This document shows, one piece after another, positions 1-12,419 of a stretch of DNA of 64,000 nt. Within the stretch, counting starts at the first letter, position 1. Every line of letters begins with the position of its first letter. The notes beneath the pieces were generated by a model. It had not been told where the DNA came from. It made no database searches and was given only the letters and a program-made list of their open reading frames with translations. Both the position numbers and the translations under genes were made by a program. The DNA is from Octopus vulgaris (Eukaryota). The stretch lies in the NCBI GenBank assembly GCA_951406725.2, contig OX597818.1, positions 89,838,001 to 89,902,000 on the forward strand, written 5' to 3'.

Positions 1-30
1 ATATTTATAAAAATTACACATATTCTATGT

Positions 31-61
<31 letters not shown>

Positions 62-120
62 CGTGTGTATGTGTGTGTGTTATATGTACATATACATAAT
101 CATTTATATGTATATTCCTT

Positions 121-310
121 TGTGTTTACCTCCTCTGCTTGATAACCAGTGTGGGTTTGTTTACGTCTACGTACCTTAAGGCTTTGGCTAAAGAAGTATA
201 GGTTAAGTATCAAGCTTTAAAAAATAAGTATTGGGAGCGATTTGTTCCACTAAACTCTTCCTGTGCGGTACTCAAACGTGGCCGCAGTCGAATGATTTAA
301 ACAAATAAAC
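121..310 (+). mobile_element. 3' half of SINE family A (degenerate)
   Basis: Aligns by eye to the 3' half of the 30361-30762 copy (GTTTACGTC...TTGGC...AATAAGTA...GGCCGCAGTCGAATGA). Confidence 0.6.
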
Positions 311-311
311 G

Positions 312-351
<40 letters not shown>

Positions 352-352
<1 letters not shown>

Positions 353-1614
353 GAGGGGCGTTCAATAAGTAATGCCCCTGACCAACTTCACATAGTAGTA
401 GAGCAACGAAAGTTGGCACAGTTATTAGTCTTTTTCTACATAGGAACCACCCAGAGTTACGCATTTCTCCCATCGTTTGATGCAGCTCTGGAGACCGATT
501 TTGTAGAAGACCCCAGCTTGGTCCTCCAACCACGACGTGACTTCAGAAATCAAGGCTGCATCATCTGGGAAACGCTTTCCTTTCAAAAACAACTTCATGG
601 CTAGGAAGAGGTGAAAATCTGAGGGTGCAAGGTCAGGAGAGTAGGGGGGTATGAGGGAGGAGTTCATAGCCGCATGCCTGTGCTTCTGATCTGGCGACAC
701 GCGAGTTGTGGACCGGAGCGCTGTCCTGCAGGAGGAGGATGCTTTGCTGATCTTGCCCCTCCTTTTGATTTTCATAGCTTCTCTTAATTTCCTCAAAAGT
801 GAAGCATAATAGGCTCCTGTAATTGTGGTACCCTTTACCAGGAAATCTGTCATCACTACTCCGTCCTGGGCCCAGATGACTGTGAGCATGACCTTGCCAG
901 CGGTGGGCTACACCCTTGCCTTCTTTGGAGGAAGTGAGTCACGGTGCTTCCACTGCATTGACTGGGCTTTGGTCTCTGGATCATAGTGATGGACCCAGGT
1001 TTCATCCTGTGTAATCAGTCTTTTGAAAAATTTTGACTCATCTTCTTGGCAGATCTCCAAGTTCATCCTCGAGCACTCGACGCGTTCTTGCTTCTGGAAA
1101 GGTGTGAGCAACCTAGAAATCCATCTGGCAGACACCTTTTGCATGTGCAAATGATCATGAATGATAGTTTCCACATACCCGGTACTAATCTTGACCTCAT
1201 GGGCTATTTGGCGAATAGTTATGCGTCGATCTTCCAAAATGCCAGCCCTCAACTTGACAGAAGGGGGTGACCAGATCTGGGAGCTGTTTCCACAGAGTTC
1301 CGACCATGTTTGAATTCACGATGCCAGCGTTTTACAAGGTCATATGATGGGGCATCATATAACTTTTATTTCATCAAAAGTCTCCCGTGATGTGCGTCCT
1401 TTCAAATACAAAAACCGGATCACTGCTCGACACTCAACAGGCTCCATTTCACACTTGACTCAGTTCAAACACCTGTCAATCAGAAACCTCAATTAGCTCA
1501 GAGCTGTAATTTGCCACTGAATCTATAGAGATATAAATAATTGCACATGCAAAATTTCAGCTAGATGAAACAACTGTAAGTGGGTCAGAGGCATTACTTA
1601 TTGAACGTTCCTCG
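352..1614 (-). mobile_element. Full-length but decayed mariner (DD34D) DNA transposon
   Basis: 37-bp imperfect TIRs at 352-388 (CGAGGGGCGTTCAATAAGTAATGCCCCTGACCAACTT) and 1578-1614. TA on both sides (350-351, 1615-1616); the left end abuts a (TA)n tract. Confidence 0.95.
425..1447 (-). pseudogene. Mariner transposase pseudogene (frameshifts and stops)
   Basis: Starts MEPVECRAVIRFLYLKG. ORFs 908-1252 and 425-889 carry WISRLLT (WVPHEL-like), ITQDETWVHHYDPE, YSPDLAPSDFHLF and RWEKCVTLGGSYVEKD*. Confidence 0.92.
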
Positions 1615-1779
1615 TATATATCGTTTATGTATTCTAAGATTTTATAGTTTGCTTGAAGCATTGTCTATGGAATATCCTCGTTATGATATCAGGTTGCATA
1701 TATTGTATACTGCTGCTGCTACTACACAAGCTAGACTGAATGGACTGCAGGCTTTCTCTCCCTCCTAAACAACTATGAG

Positions 1780-2245
1780 AAATGTATTTCTCCATGCCAA
1801 CCTGAAATGGGGCGGGGGAGGTGTGCTGTCCTACTCAGGAAAAGTTTGAATTTACATGTAAGAAAATTTTTTGTTGACCTGGAGGGCAGGCTGGTCGTTC
1901 TCAACGTGACGCACGGTAGTGTTAAGACATTCAGATTGGTGCCTGTCTATGCTCCTTGTAGAACCGGACAAACTTTTATCGAGGCCTAGAGAATTTTCTA
2001 GGAACGTCACACACTTTGGTATTTATAGGAGAAAAAAATCACAATCAGCGATGCACGCGTAGATTGTGTTTCGAATCCAGATAGGAGAAACTCATGTCTC
2101 AGCGATCTGATCAGTCGTTTTCAGCTGGCAGATCGATATAGACTAGACTACTCGGACGCTCCAGTGTGGATGTGGGCTAATAGCCACGGGTCTTATAGAT
2201 CTTACTTTGACAAGATTATAGTTAAGTATAAAGACTTAATTGTCC
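1780..2245 (+). mobile_element. Tx1/L1-like LINE fragment (APE endonuclease region)
   Basis: ORF 1807-1989 (GRCAVLLRK...DLEGRLVVLNV...FRLVPVYAP) is homologous to the endonuclease region at 15780-16500. Confidence 0.75.
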
Positions 2246-2247
2246 AC

Positions 2248-2350
2248 AATTTCACCAAGACACCTGATGAAGGCTGGAGGGTATATCAGCCGAAACGTTG
2301 TATTAACAACCAAGAGTAGGACAAATATCCGTCAATTGTAAATAATGTAA
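2248..2350 (+). mobile_element. 3' fragment of hammerhead-bearing SINE (family D)
   Basis: Matches 22812-22915. Contains GACAC-CTGATGA-A-GGCTG..CAGCC-GAAAC-GTT-GTATT at 2259-2304. Confidence 0.75.
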
Positions 2351-3168
2351 ATATTTTACTAATGTAAATGTATTATGAATCCTTTGATATTAAATAAAAT
2401 ATATAATTTGTATACAACACTAATATTATAATAAATTCATAGTTTCCCCCAATCCACTGCCAAAAAAAAAAAAAACAACCTTCGTTACATATTTTTACTC
2501 GATATAATAATGCACACATTTACAACGCATATTGAAGAAGTCAACAATATAGTGGTTAGCATGTTTTTTTAAAGTTTTTAATTATATCATCAGGTTTTGG
2601 GCTCAACAAAGCGTCTTTTATTAGACGCGAAATGAAATCGATTTGCTTGAAGAACGACAATTTTATTCTTCAAATTATATATACATATATCAAACATTAG
2701 AAGTGTAGCAGGTATGACTAAATGTATCAAGGAAAGGCATTTTGGCGCAAGCAGAGAATATGGTGAGCTTTGTTGAAATATAATACAACACTTACAATTA
2801 ATTAAATTTTCACAAAGAAAAACTTTCTTCTGAAATGTGTGAAACAGGTTTTCAAAAGCATTTGGACAAAGGTTTCCAAGATCTTCTGATGGTTTAACAT
2901 TATTCACTCTTCAACCGCAGTTCTCTCTTCGGGGTACAGCAGAAACATATCTTGTCTGTTTAGCAAAAGAACCTTTAGCGGCAACGTTCAGCAAAGTGCT
3001 GCACACATGCACAGCGATAGTGTTTCGGTAAATGGAGCTTTCCACTTCGTAAATGCAAACAATATGTGAAGGAAGATAGTTAACTCGCTTTGATACATCA
3101 CCATATTATCCCGTAGCAAGCCAGTAAGGAGTTAGGAAAAAAGTTAGGAAGAAAAGAGAAGCAACATT

Positions 3169-3397
3169 ATAATAAATCTCAGAGCTAGTTATAAACAGCA
3201 GCTGCAACACATCGTGACGTATATTTGCCATTTAAATATGGCTAGCCCCTAAGGGTGGATGCTACTGTAGTTTGTAGCCCCAGGAGAACACCTCCATCTG
3301 GCTTTAGACAACTGGAGGAGGTGTCCTCCTGGGGCTACAAACTACAGTAGCATCCACCCTTAGGGGTTAGCCATATTTAAATGGCAAATATACGTCA
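3169..3397. repeat. Foldback insertion with 81-bp inverted arms and 12-bp TSD
   Basis: Arms 3215-3295 and 3317-3397 are near-perfect reverse complements. AGAAGCAACATT is repeated at 3157-3168 and 3398-3409. Confidence 0.85.
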
Positions 3398-3949
3398 AGA
3401 AGCAACATTTTTATACAAAAATTGAAAAATAAAATATTTTTTCTACTCTAGGCACAAGGCCCAAAAATAAAGAACAAACTATGCTAACAGACTGAGAGCA
3501 AGTGTCAGGAGTACGCTTCCCACAAAGGTACTTTCCGTAGAGTTAGCATATAATTTATGACCTAAAACAATGCACAACTTTACATGGAATAAAAATCACA
3601 AAATACAGTGGTGGTCAATAAGTGGATGCAAGTGCAGGTCTTGATTACTAGTAGTGCAGCAGTATTAATGGTACAAGAGTCTCCCACAATAGAAAAGAAA
3701 TACATGCAACAAAGGAATGTTTAAAAAAGACGACTGTTATAAGTCCTGTATGAAAGAAATTTCGCACCAATAAGAGTTTGTTCGTATAAATGTCACAAAG
3801 TTCGTGCATTAAAAAATATATGTTGCTATGGTGTTCATAGCAAAAGAAAAGAGATGAAAGACTAAAGCCAGAATAGTATGCCACTAAAACAGCCCATCCA
3901 GGTAGGCTTTTAGGGAGGGGCTCAAAGAGAAGGATAAGCTTGAAGTGAA

Positions 3950-4810
3950 AGTAGCCTCTCAACTTTAGGCTGAATTGTTCTAAAAGTAGGCTGTGATCAC
4001 CACTCTCCGTAATTCGGAGTTTACACCGCTGCTTTGCAAGATGACAAGTGACCGCACTAAATCCTCTCAACCAAATAAGATGTTGGAAAGGCAATGATAA
4101 ACAATTTGACTTTCTTCCAAAGCTCTGGAATGCGGTCACAGATAGCCTTTTGAAGCCAAAATTCTTGGTAGCACTTGCATAATTTAGGCTTCAATTTAAT
4201 ATCATTTTGAAGAATTATCAGCTCGTCTTCTAACTCTCCACTCTTTTCTTCGATGTCAATGGAGTCGATAATCTAGACAGGATCTCGAAGAGCAAACAGA
4301 TCATGAAATCGACGCTCCATATCTTCGTGCAGTTCAGTGGGGTGGGAGCAAAAGACAAGCAGATCCTCGTTTGTAGGTTTTCCGTCCATTTCAAAACCAG
4401 ACGAACAAGAAAACTAGAAAAAATCCCTGCGTTCAATATTGCGCTTATACACAAGTTTCACTTGAAATATTGAGATGGTTGACTTAACTTGGATGAGAAT
4501 AACATCTCCTTGCAGCTGCTTATTCATCTCGTTGAATTTAGTGAATAAGTCAGACAAGTATGCAATATATTTATACTTTTAAGTCATTTTCAAAGCAAAG
4601 CTGTTAAAACAGGCGGGAGTTCAGAGCATGAGATATGATTTTATTCACGGCAGTGATCGTGTTTAGGGAATAGTTTAGACGACTACTGAGATTTCGCGCA
4701 ACAAGATGTCTGTGAATCATACAGTGCATCATGAAGACATCAGGTAGATTGACTGAGATAACTTATGAAGCCGCGATGACAGCCAGGTTACAATATTAGG
4801 ATGCCTCTCA
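3950..4810 (-). pseudogene. hAT (Charlie/Buster, SCAND3/ZBED8-like) transposase remnant, C-terminal half
   Basis: Manual - strand translation gives MHCMIHRH (CxxH motif), IAYLSDLFTKFNEMNKQLQG, and EFWLQK...LWKKVKLFIIAFPTSYLVE/RGFSAV (hAT dimerisation domain), split across frames. Confidence 0.8.
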
Positions 4811-4814
4811 CCAA

Positions 4815-7062
4815 TTGAATTGTAAGTTATTGATTTTTGAGTTGGAATTGTTGCTTGGAATTGCTGTTTTGAAGTTGCTGAAAATCTTATTGTTGAATTG
4901 TACTGTAAATATTGCTATTGAATCGCCCGGGAGGGCGAGCCAAAATTATGGCTAGCCCGAAAGAGGTAGAGATGGAAGAGTATGTAGAAAGCATTATTGA
5001 AACAAGGCTGGAAGATGATTCCGAAGAAGAAACAACGAAAAATGGAAAACAAGAGAAGAAAAAACCAACTACTAATTGATGTTCCAAGCCTGATGGCACA
5101 AGAAAAAAATGGAAAAGAAGTTAAATTTTGCTGCAGCTGCTGGTGCAAAAGAAAGGAAAATTAATTTCAACAACATGAAAGACTTTAAGAAATTGCTACC
5201 GAGACAAGGATTTAAAACCAATATAGACCCGCCTAAGGAGATAAAAGAAACTAGAGAAAAATACTAATATTTAAAACCTTCGAAGTAAAAGACAAAAAGA
5301 TCGACTACGTGGTAGAGGCAGAGATAGAAAAATGTATCCAACCAATTTGTAGTAAGATTAAATATGTGGCAAGATGGAAGAAGTTCGCAACTGTGGATGT
5401 CAGGATGGAGTCGGGGGAAGAGGCTCGGCGACATTCAGTCGACCCACTTCGGACTGAAGAAGTGGTGCTTCTACCCATATATATGGGTAGAAGAACGTCA
5501 AGGATTAGCATTCTGAATATTCCCCATGAGGTGGAACCAGAGTGGCTTGTCGCAGCAGTTACGATGGGCCTAGAAGAGAAAATCGAAATAGAAGCTGCCG
5601 TGGATGAGCAACGCAATTGGTATGACCAGAAAGTAAAAATCATCATACAAGCAGAGCAAACCACGATGGAGAAAATTACAGAAATCATTGAAGTTGGTGA
5701 GAACCCTCTGGTAGTGATGGTGGAGGGTCGCCAGCGTCGATGCTTCCAGTGTAGTAAGAAAGGCCAACTCAGGGCGGAATGTAAACCCAAGGAGGTTGAG
5801 AGGAAGAAAGTGGAACCAGTAGAACTAACAACACCGTCGACTTCTCAAGGAACACCCAAGACACCAACACCAGAGCCAGAAGAAAAAGAAGGGGAGGGAT
5901 GGTCTCTGGTTCATAGTAAGAGAAAATTAAAGCCATCCTCCCCGGAAAAGAAAAGAAAAAGAAGCAAGGCAATACAAGAAGGCGAAAGCCGTTAAAGGGT
6001 GGGTTAGTGATGCCTTGGCTGTTGATGCGCAAGAATGCACTGAGGTTGAGGCATCTCTGGCTCTACCTGGATGGTGAACGGGTGTGGTCTCCGCTCGCTA
6101 AACGGATGTTCCCAGATTTAACACTTTTGGCGGTAGAGAAAACTGGTTTCGTCCCAGATAGAGGTTAGGTACCAATACGGAGTACCGCAAGGCTCTCCTG
6201 CAGTTCCACAACTCGGGCAATACCAGCGGTTTTGGCACCACCGCGGCTATCCATAGTAGTGTGGTAGAAGCTGGAAATGATGATGGCCTGAAAAGGACAT
6301 TGAGTCTCGACGATAATCAGTCAGCTTATTCCGAAGAACATTCGGGCCGAAGACACTGGATAACTTCCAAAAGTCTTTGGCTTGGCAGTGTTACCTAGAA
6401 TCCCTACCCGTTCTGGACAAGCTCACCAGACACGGCCACCCTGGGCCGTCGGTTTGTTCAAGATGCAGGCGGGACGTGGAAACCGTCTTGCACGCTATTG
6501 TTCAGTGTCTGGGTGTGTCAGAAGTGTCGACTTATGCAGAACACCTGTTGTCAGATGGAAGACGAGTACAGCTATCGTCTGAATCAATTCTAAAAATTAA
6601 CACACCGGATGTCCCTACAGAAGAAGATAAGAATTGTTTTCTCGTAGTAGTGGCAATTGCGAGAGAGGTGATATGGAAGTCGAGAATGAAAGGTATTGTG
6701 ACAGACAGCTTTGCCTTTGGCCTCGCTCTGGTGAATGTTTTCACTTTTCACCTGAAAAGGAAGGTGGAGCTGGAGAAGGTGTCAGTCAACGAGTATATTA
6801 AAAAAAAAGGACTCGCGTAGCACGTATGTTGGCAGTGAAAGGCCCTTCGTGAGCACGCCATAGGGACTACCAAAGTGTCGGTAGAGAAGACAGTGCTCGT
6901 GGAGTCGGAGTTTACCTATTTTAAAAACCATTTTGTTAGATTATTGCGTATCTCATTCATTTATATTATTTTGATTTTTTTTTTTATTAGCATACGTTTG
7001 TGTATAACCCCAAATCATACTGTATTGTCCTCTGTGTGTCTCCTTGTGGGACATAAAACGGA
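4815..7062 (+). mobile_element. Internally deleted Tx1/L1-like LINE (ORF1 plus ORF2 C-terminus)
   Basis: ORF1 5309-5995 has the zinc knuckle CFQCSKKGQLRAEC. It joins near 5985 directly to KPLKGGLVMPWL...LRLRHLW and the zf-RVT-like CSRC..ETVLHAIVQC. Family 3' tail TGTCC...TGTGGG. Confidence 0.85.
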
Positions 7063-7554
7063 ACGAATATACAGTGCGTGTATTCATTTGGCTAGAAAAA
7101 AAATAGTGACCGTCCCGAAATGTAACAGTATCTCATTCAACACACGATTTCACATCAAGAATCTTACAAAAATTCATAAACGTAAATTCAAGATAACTAT
7201 CACTGCAATAGCAATTGTTTTTGAGGTGTTTGCTGGTGTTTGCTAGAAGATAAGCCCCAGCAAGGCCAATGTTTTAGCAATATTGATAAACTCCTGGCTA
7301 ATGGTAAAATTAAAGCGGTCTTAAATCATAACCGAGAAAAGAAAATGCGGCAGAATGCAAGTGACAAACAGGGAAGATAGTACTTCATGAAAAGTAAATG
7401 TCATAAGACAATTTACCGCTGTAAATTGTACAAACCAGAGTGATTACAACAGTGAAAGAAGAGGTTTGGAATAACAGTGCGAATTAATCATGCGGGAACG
7501 GCCGCTCCTTTCATTTAGGTGGTAATTTTTTTAATTAGGTAAAATGTTAGTTTC

Positions 7555-7755
7555 AAATTTTGGCACAAGGCCAGCAATTTCGAGGGACAGGATAAGTCGA
7601 TTACATTAACTTCAGTATTCATTTCATCGACCCCTGAAAGGGATGAAAAGCAAAGTAAACCTCAGCAGAATTAGAACTGTGAATGTAAAGACGTCCGAAA
7701 TGCTGCTACGTATTCTGTCCAACGTGCTAATAATTCTGTCTGCTCGCTACCACTG
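7555..7755 (-). mobile_element. SINE family B, degenerate monomer
   Basis: GGCACAAGGCC...AAGTCGATTACAT...ATCGACCCC.GAAAGGGATGAAAAGCAAAGT is the reverse complement of the family B body. Confidence 0.7.
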
Positions 7756-7756
7756 C

Positions 7757-8830
7757 TAACACTACAAGAACTCAAAAACACCCTAATTGACAGACACTTC
7801 CCAGCTCAACTCAGAGGATGGGATCAGACGTGCAACAGAAATCGACATAGAAACTTTGAGAAAAGTTAAACACAACAACACACCTTCCCCGAAAATACTG
7901 CCTTACATATCCACATACAACCCCAGAAACAAAGAAGCCTTCACCATCATCACCCAGAATTTACCAATACTTCATAAGGACCCCAAATTAAAGGAAATTC
8001 TAAACATACATAAAATCATTAAAAGCTACAAACAACCTAAATCACTTAAAAAGATTCTCACAAAGGCAAAATTGTTTTCTGAAATTACGGATGCAAAAGT
8101 AAAAAAATGTGAGACCAAACTGCGCAACATGCCCAAACCTTCTAGAAGGATCAGAATTCCTTTTCAAAGAGGGACAAAAATTCAAGATCAGATCTAATTT
8201 TACTAGTGCTTCTGAAAACATAATTTATGTCATAAGGTACTCGGGCTGCCACCAAAACTACGTGGGGTCCACGGGACTATCACTCAGACGTAGATGCACT
8301 CTGCATCGACAACAGTTTGCATTCCCAGAATACAGAATGATACCCTTTAGTGTGCATATTGAGAAATGCGCAAAGCAACTACTACCACAATTTTAATCTT
8401 TCCATTCTATCAATGTGCTATTGGAACACCAACACAAATTAGATTAAACAAGGAAACATTCTTCATTGAAAAATATAAGCCCAAACTTAACCATTCTAAC
8501 ATTCTTATACAGAGAAACTCACCCCATTAAATAAAGGGAAAAGAAATATAAAGCGATTATCTCCCTTATACCGGAAGAAATCGCTTATTACCTCCCCCTA
8601 CCGGGAACTCTTCTTTGCACTTCATAACGAAGACATAACACGATGTAGATAAAGACATTTGAGAAATTTGAAAAGTTAACACGAAACCGGTAATTTCTTC
8701 AAAAACTATGTTACTGTATGAAAAAATTTTATAACATAATGACTCAAATATATTCTCTAACCTTATAAAACAAGCCTTCTGTAGTTTTTTCACTCTTTAC
8801 TATATATCCAACAACGTGCTTTCACACACA

Positions 8831-8833
<3 letters not shown>
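7757..8833 (+). mobile_element. 5'-truncated Penelope-like element (Neptune type): RT thumb, Cys linker, GIY-YIG, 3' region
   Basis: LPYISTYNP, IIKSYKQPKSLKKIL, C.RPNCATC linker and NIIYVIRYSGCHQNYVGSTG. Homologous to 41435-44450 and ends at (TA)n. Confidence 0.9.
8662..8698 (+). ncRNA. Minimal hammerhead ribozyme, U3-A8 core variant
   Basis: AGAAAT-TTGAAAA-GT TAAC AC-GAAAC-CG-GTA-ATTTCT: 6-bp stem I, palindromic ACCGGT stem III, located in the Penelope 3' region. Confidence 0.7.
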
Positions 8834-8891
<58 letters not shown>

Positions 8892-8980
8892 CGCGATTGC
8901 GCTGGTCTTCGAAAATTTTAAGAGATATTCCAGAGGCTTCGATGCGTTAGCCTCGTGTATATTTGCCTCCACCAAAGGTT

Positions 8981-9080
8981 TCTTTACTGACGGAGCGTGA
9001 CCTATGTTAGATTAGCTTAATTTAATTGAATTAAGCTGGTCTATCATTAAAAACGCAGAAACGATGCATCGTCTAAAAGA
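8981..9080 (+). ncRNA. Hammerhead-like motif with long stem II (core imperfect)
   Basis: TCTTTA-CTGACGG-A-GCGT...(15-bp inner hairpin)...ACGC-A-GAAAC-GATGCATC-GTC-TAAAAGA. Includes the 12-nt palindrome ACGATGCATCGT. Confidence 0.6.
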
Positions 9081-11799
9081 TGAATTAGGGTAAACGTTTT
9101 TAATTTTTCACCTATTTCCGAATTATATTACTTTGCGGTTAGAGTTATGGCTGCTCTGTCTAGTGGACGAATGGCCTGTTAAGGCCATTCCTAAATTGTT
9201 ATATATATATATGTGTGTATAAATTTCATTCATCGTTTTATATCCCCATACTATTGTCGCTGTCTGACCTTGTACCGTCCCCCCTGTGTTTAGATCTTTT
9301 GTACCGAATAAAAAAAATCTATATATCTGCTTGGTCAAAGATACCTCAGGGTTAAACAGACCATTTATTGTATCACGTACTGAAAAGTATAACAAAAGAT
9401 ATCTGATGTAGACAAGTTAAAAGTGAAAATCAGAACGGATTTACAATTCTCGGCAAGAATTTTATTGTATTTTAATTTTTTTATTAGCATACGTTTGTGT
9501 ATAACCCCAAATCATACTGTATTGTCCTCTGTGTGCCTCCTTGTGGGACATAAAACGGAACGAATATACAGTGCGTGTATTCATTTGGCTAGAAAAAAAA
9601 TAGTGACCGTCCCGAAATGTAACAGTATCTCATTCAACACACGATTTCACATCAAGAATCTTACAAAAATTCATAAACGTAAATTCAAGATAACTATCAC
9701 TGCAATAGCAATTGTTTTTGAGGTGTTTGCTGGTGTTTGCTAGAAGATAAGCCCCAGCAAGGCCAATGTTTTAGCAATATATGCATATTAAACTTTTAAT
9801 ATGCATTTTATATAAAAAAAAAAAATCGGTTACTACTTTGAGAAAATACTAACCCAAATCAACAAGGGAATAAGGTTTACATTTTTATGTTAAATGTAAT
9901 TGCAATTATAATTTCACAATGAAGGCTTTCTAATATGTTTATTTTTAACTAAGTCCATCTGATGCCCGCTGTGTTATGCACAATTATATATTTATTTAAT
10001 GATGGACCGTCTAAAGCACAGTATGCTCATTTAGGCATTCAGTACAGTGAGAAGTTAGTGTTACGTAAGCAAATTCTGATAATATTTGAGGAGGAAAGGC
10101 TCTGGATACACCTCTGGTGATCGATCAACTAATCCTGAAACGGTCCACTAAGAGAGTCTCCGCTTTTTCTCCTGCAAACCAAGAGTAAAGTGAGATTATT
10201 ATCTTCACTTACCAGGATTGGTTTCATAGGTCCTATTGTCGGCATTTCAATAGCAATGTAGAAAGTTGATAGTGAATGGCTGCTAATCCTAATCCTACCA
10301 GAGACAGCATAAAATCCTCAATGACTGGCGTACAGTTAAGTGGCTACTCCTGGGGACAGCTGAAATCCATTGCCAAAGATTGAGACAGATGGATATCTTG
10401 TTGGTGCCCTAAGCTCCCATGGAGTACCATCTACATAATTTTATAATTGATTAATTTAAAGACAAGGTCACTCAACACCCGCTTTTGGATTGCAGTACCT
10501 TATCCGCTTCGAAATTTCTTGCTGATACCATGGGGATGAGTTACGACGTAATGCTTTCAATGATTCGTAATATATTAATCTCTAAGACTCAAAAATCTAT
10601 TTCCCCGTATATGAACGATGGGCATGTATCTCCATAAAGTTTCACATCGAGTTCTAGCTTACATAGCACTGGATGTAACTAAAAAAGGATTAACATTTAG
10701 CAAGTCATAGAATCTGGTTATTTAAACGCTGAAATATTTATAGCAAATCATTGCAGACGCAGCACTCATTAAAAACTGCATTAAGGAATGAGTATTGCAA
10801 TGTATCCTAGAGATTCTCAAGTAGTTACTCGTGTCAGGCTCCAGCTGCTGTTTTAGCACAATTGAGCGCTAATGAACACAGTGGGTTTGAAAGAACCCAA
10901 GTTTCTATTGGTCTTTATACTACATAAAAAAAAAACTAAGCCAATTTAATACGGGAAAATCTCCATGTTACCTAGTAACAAGGAACCTTGCAGGTCTAAC
11001 TATGACTCCATTAGAAGAGCCGAATGACAAGGCTATAACAGAATTCCATTTTTAGTTGTTCGTTCAATATCCCTTAAATGTGATTCAAATTCTACCTCAG
11101 CACTTTAGTCATTGTTAAGGCTGAAAAGTATGTTACAACTAAATTTAATTTCTTAAAGCTCTTTTTCTGGCTTTCTATATTTGTTAATTCGCCATAAGAG
11201 GCAAATCAAATGGAAATACACAGCAGAACTGATGCAATTAATCTTAAAGAGACCCACTTCCAGTTTAAGCAATTTTATCCCAATAATACTGTAGAACATT
11301 TTGACTATCAAGTTCTGTCACCGGCTTCTTGTTACTGGATATGGAAGTTTCGGAGCCTGGCTTACGATGATGGACCACCAATGTTAAACGGAATGACTCG
11401 TCGATTGGAGCAAGAACTTGGTTGCATCAACGAGCATGAAACTCCACGATTTATTCAAACAATATGGGCGTTTCCTTTAAGCGATGCCTACGGCATTTGC
11501 TCGAACGAGAAGAGATCGAGAGATACCTGTTCATGAATGAGCTAGGACAAAGAGGATGGGCTAAACACAAATCAATGCCAATAGCGACTATCAACGTTGA
11601 CACATTCACTAAATACGGCTGTGAATTGGTCGAAGGACTGAAGTGAAAATTCTTAGAAAAAGTTGCCACAATAGGATTGTAAGCCAAGTCAGTCCATTCA
11701 CAACGCTGTGATTAGTGTGAGGTCTTATGGACAATCTAATATCCACAAATATCGGTGACAGGTCCCTACATGCCTTATCCGTGTTCATCTACTGCTAAC

Positions 11800-12257
11800 T
11801 GTGCACTCTCGATTCTAAACTTGCCTAGCAGGTGTAGTATTGTGCCTGCTAAACCTGCCTAGCAGGAGGAGTATTGAATGTTTTTCTAATGTAAATTGTT
11901 CACACAATGTTTGTATTATGGCTTCCAGCCACAGCGAAGACAACGCCCAAGTATACGACAACCTGCTTAATGAACTGTACCATGAAATGTTCCCTGCCCT
12001 TCTCTGCCGCGAACAGGAGGAGAACAACGCGATTGTCCAAGATACGATGACGAATTCTGCCAAGAACACCCTTATCGACAAAAACGAAATTGAGAAAACC
12101 AAACCGAACAGACGTGGTTTCGCATCTGCAGTAACTGTGAACCATGAAACTATAAGCATTAATCCCAAAGATCTTGAAAAATACAAAAAGTTTCCAAAAA
12201 CCTCACCTTGTCTGTCCTGTATTGTCCTATATGTAGCTCTTAGTGGCTAATAAGGAA
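11800..12257 (+). mobile_element. Very short Tx1-family derivative (5' UTR, ORF1 N-terminus, 3' tail)
   Basis: RRGFASAVTVNHETISINPKDLEKY resembles KPFAEATEIRKKEINVKNLRKF (ORF 26445-26843). Ends TGTCTGTCC...TGTCC...GTGGCTAATAAGGAA. Confidence 0.55.
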
Positions 12258-12419
12258 TCGAATTATACTTAGCAAAAGAACAAAAAAAAAAATGGACCAG
12301 TTCACTAAGATAGTGCCTGGGTATTTGACACGAAAGACTGAAAATAGGAACGTATCATAAGAAGCTTGGCATGGAGTATCGACAAGTTTATAACATTTTA
12401 CTTTAAAAGCTACCTTTTA

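Larger units (their letters stand above)
6982..9780 (+). repeat. About 300-bp near-identical direct duplication (6982-7283 and 9479-9780)
   Basis: Offset 2497 bp with one substitution seen. The same text appears in ORFs 6875-7246 and 9423-9743. Confidence 0.9.
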
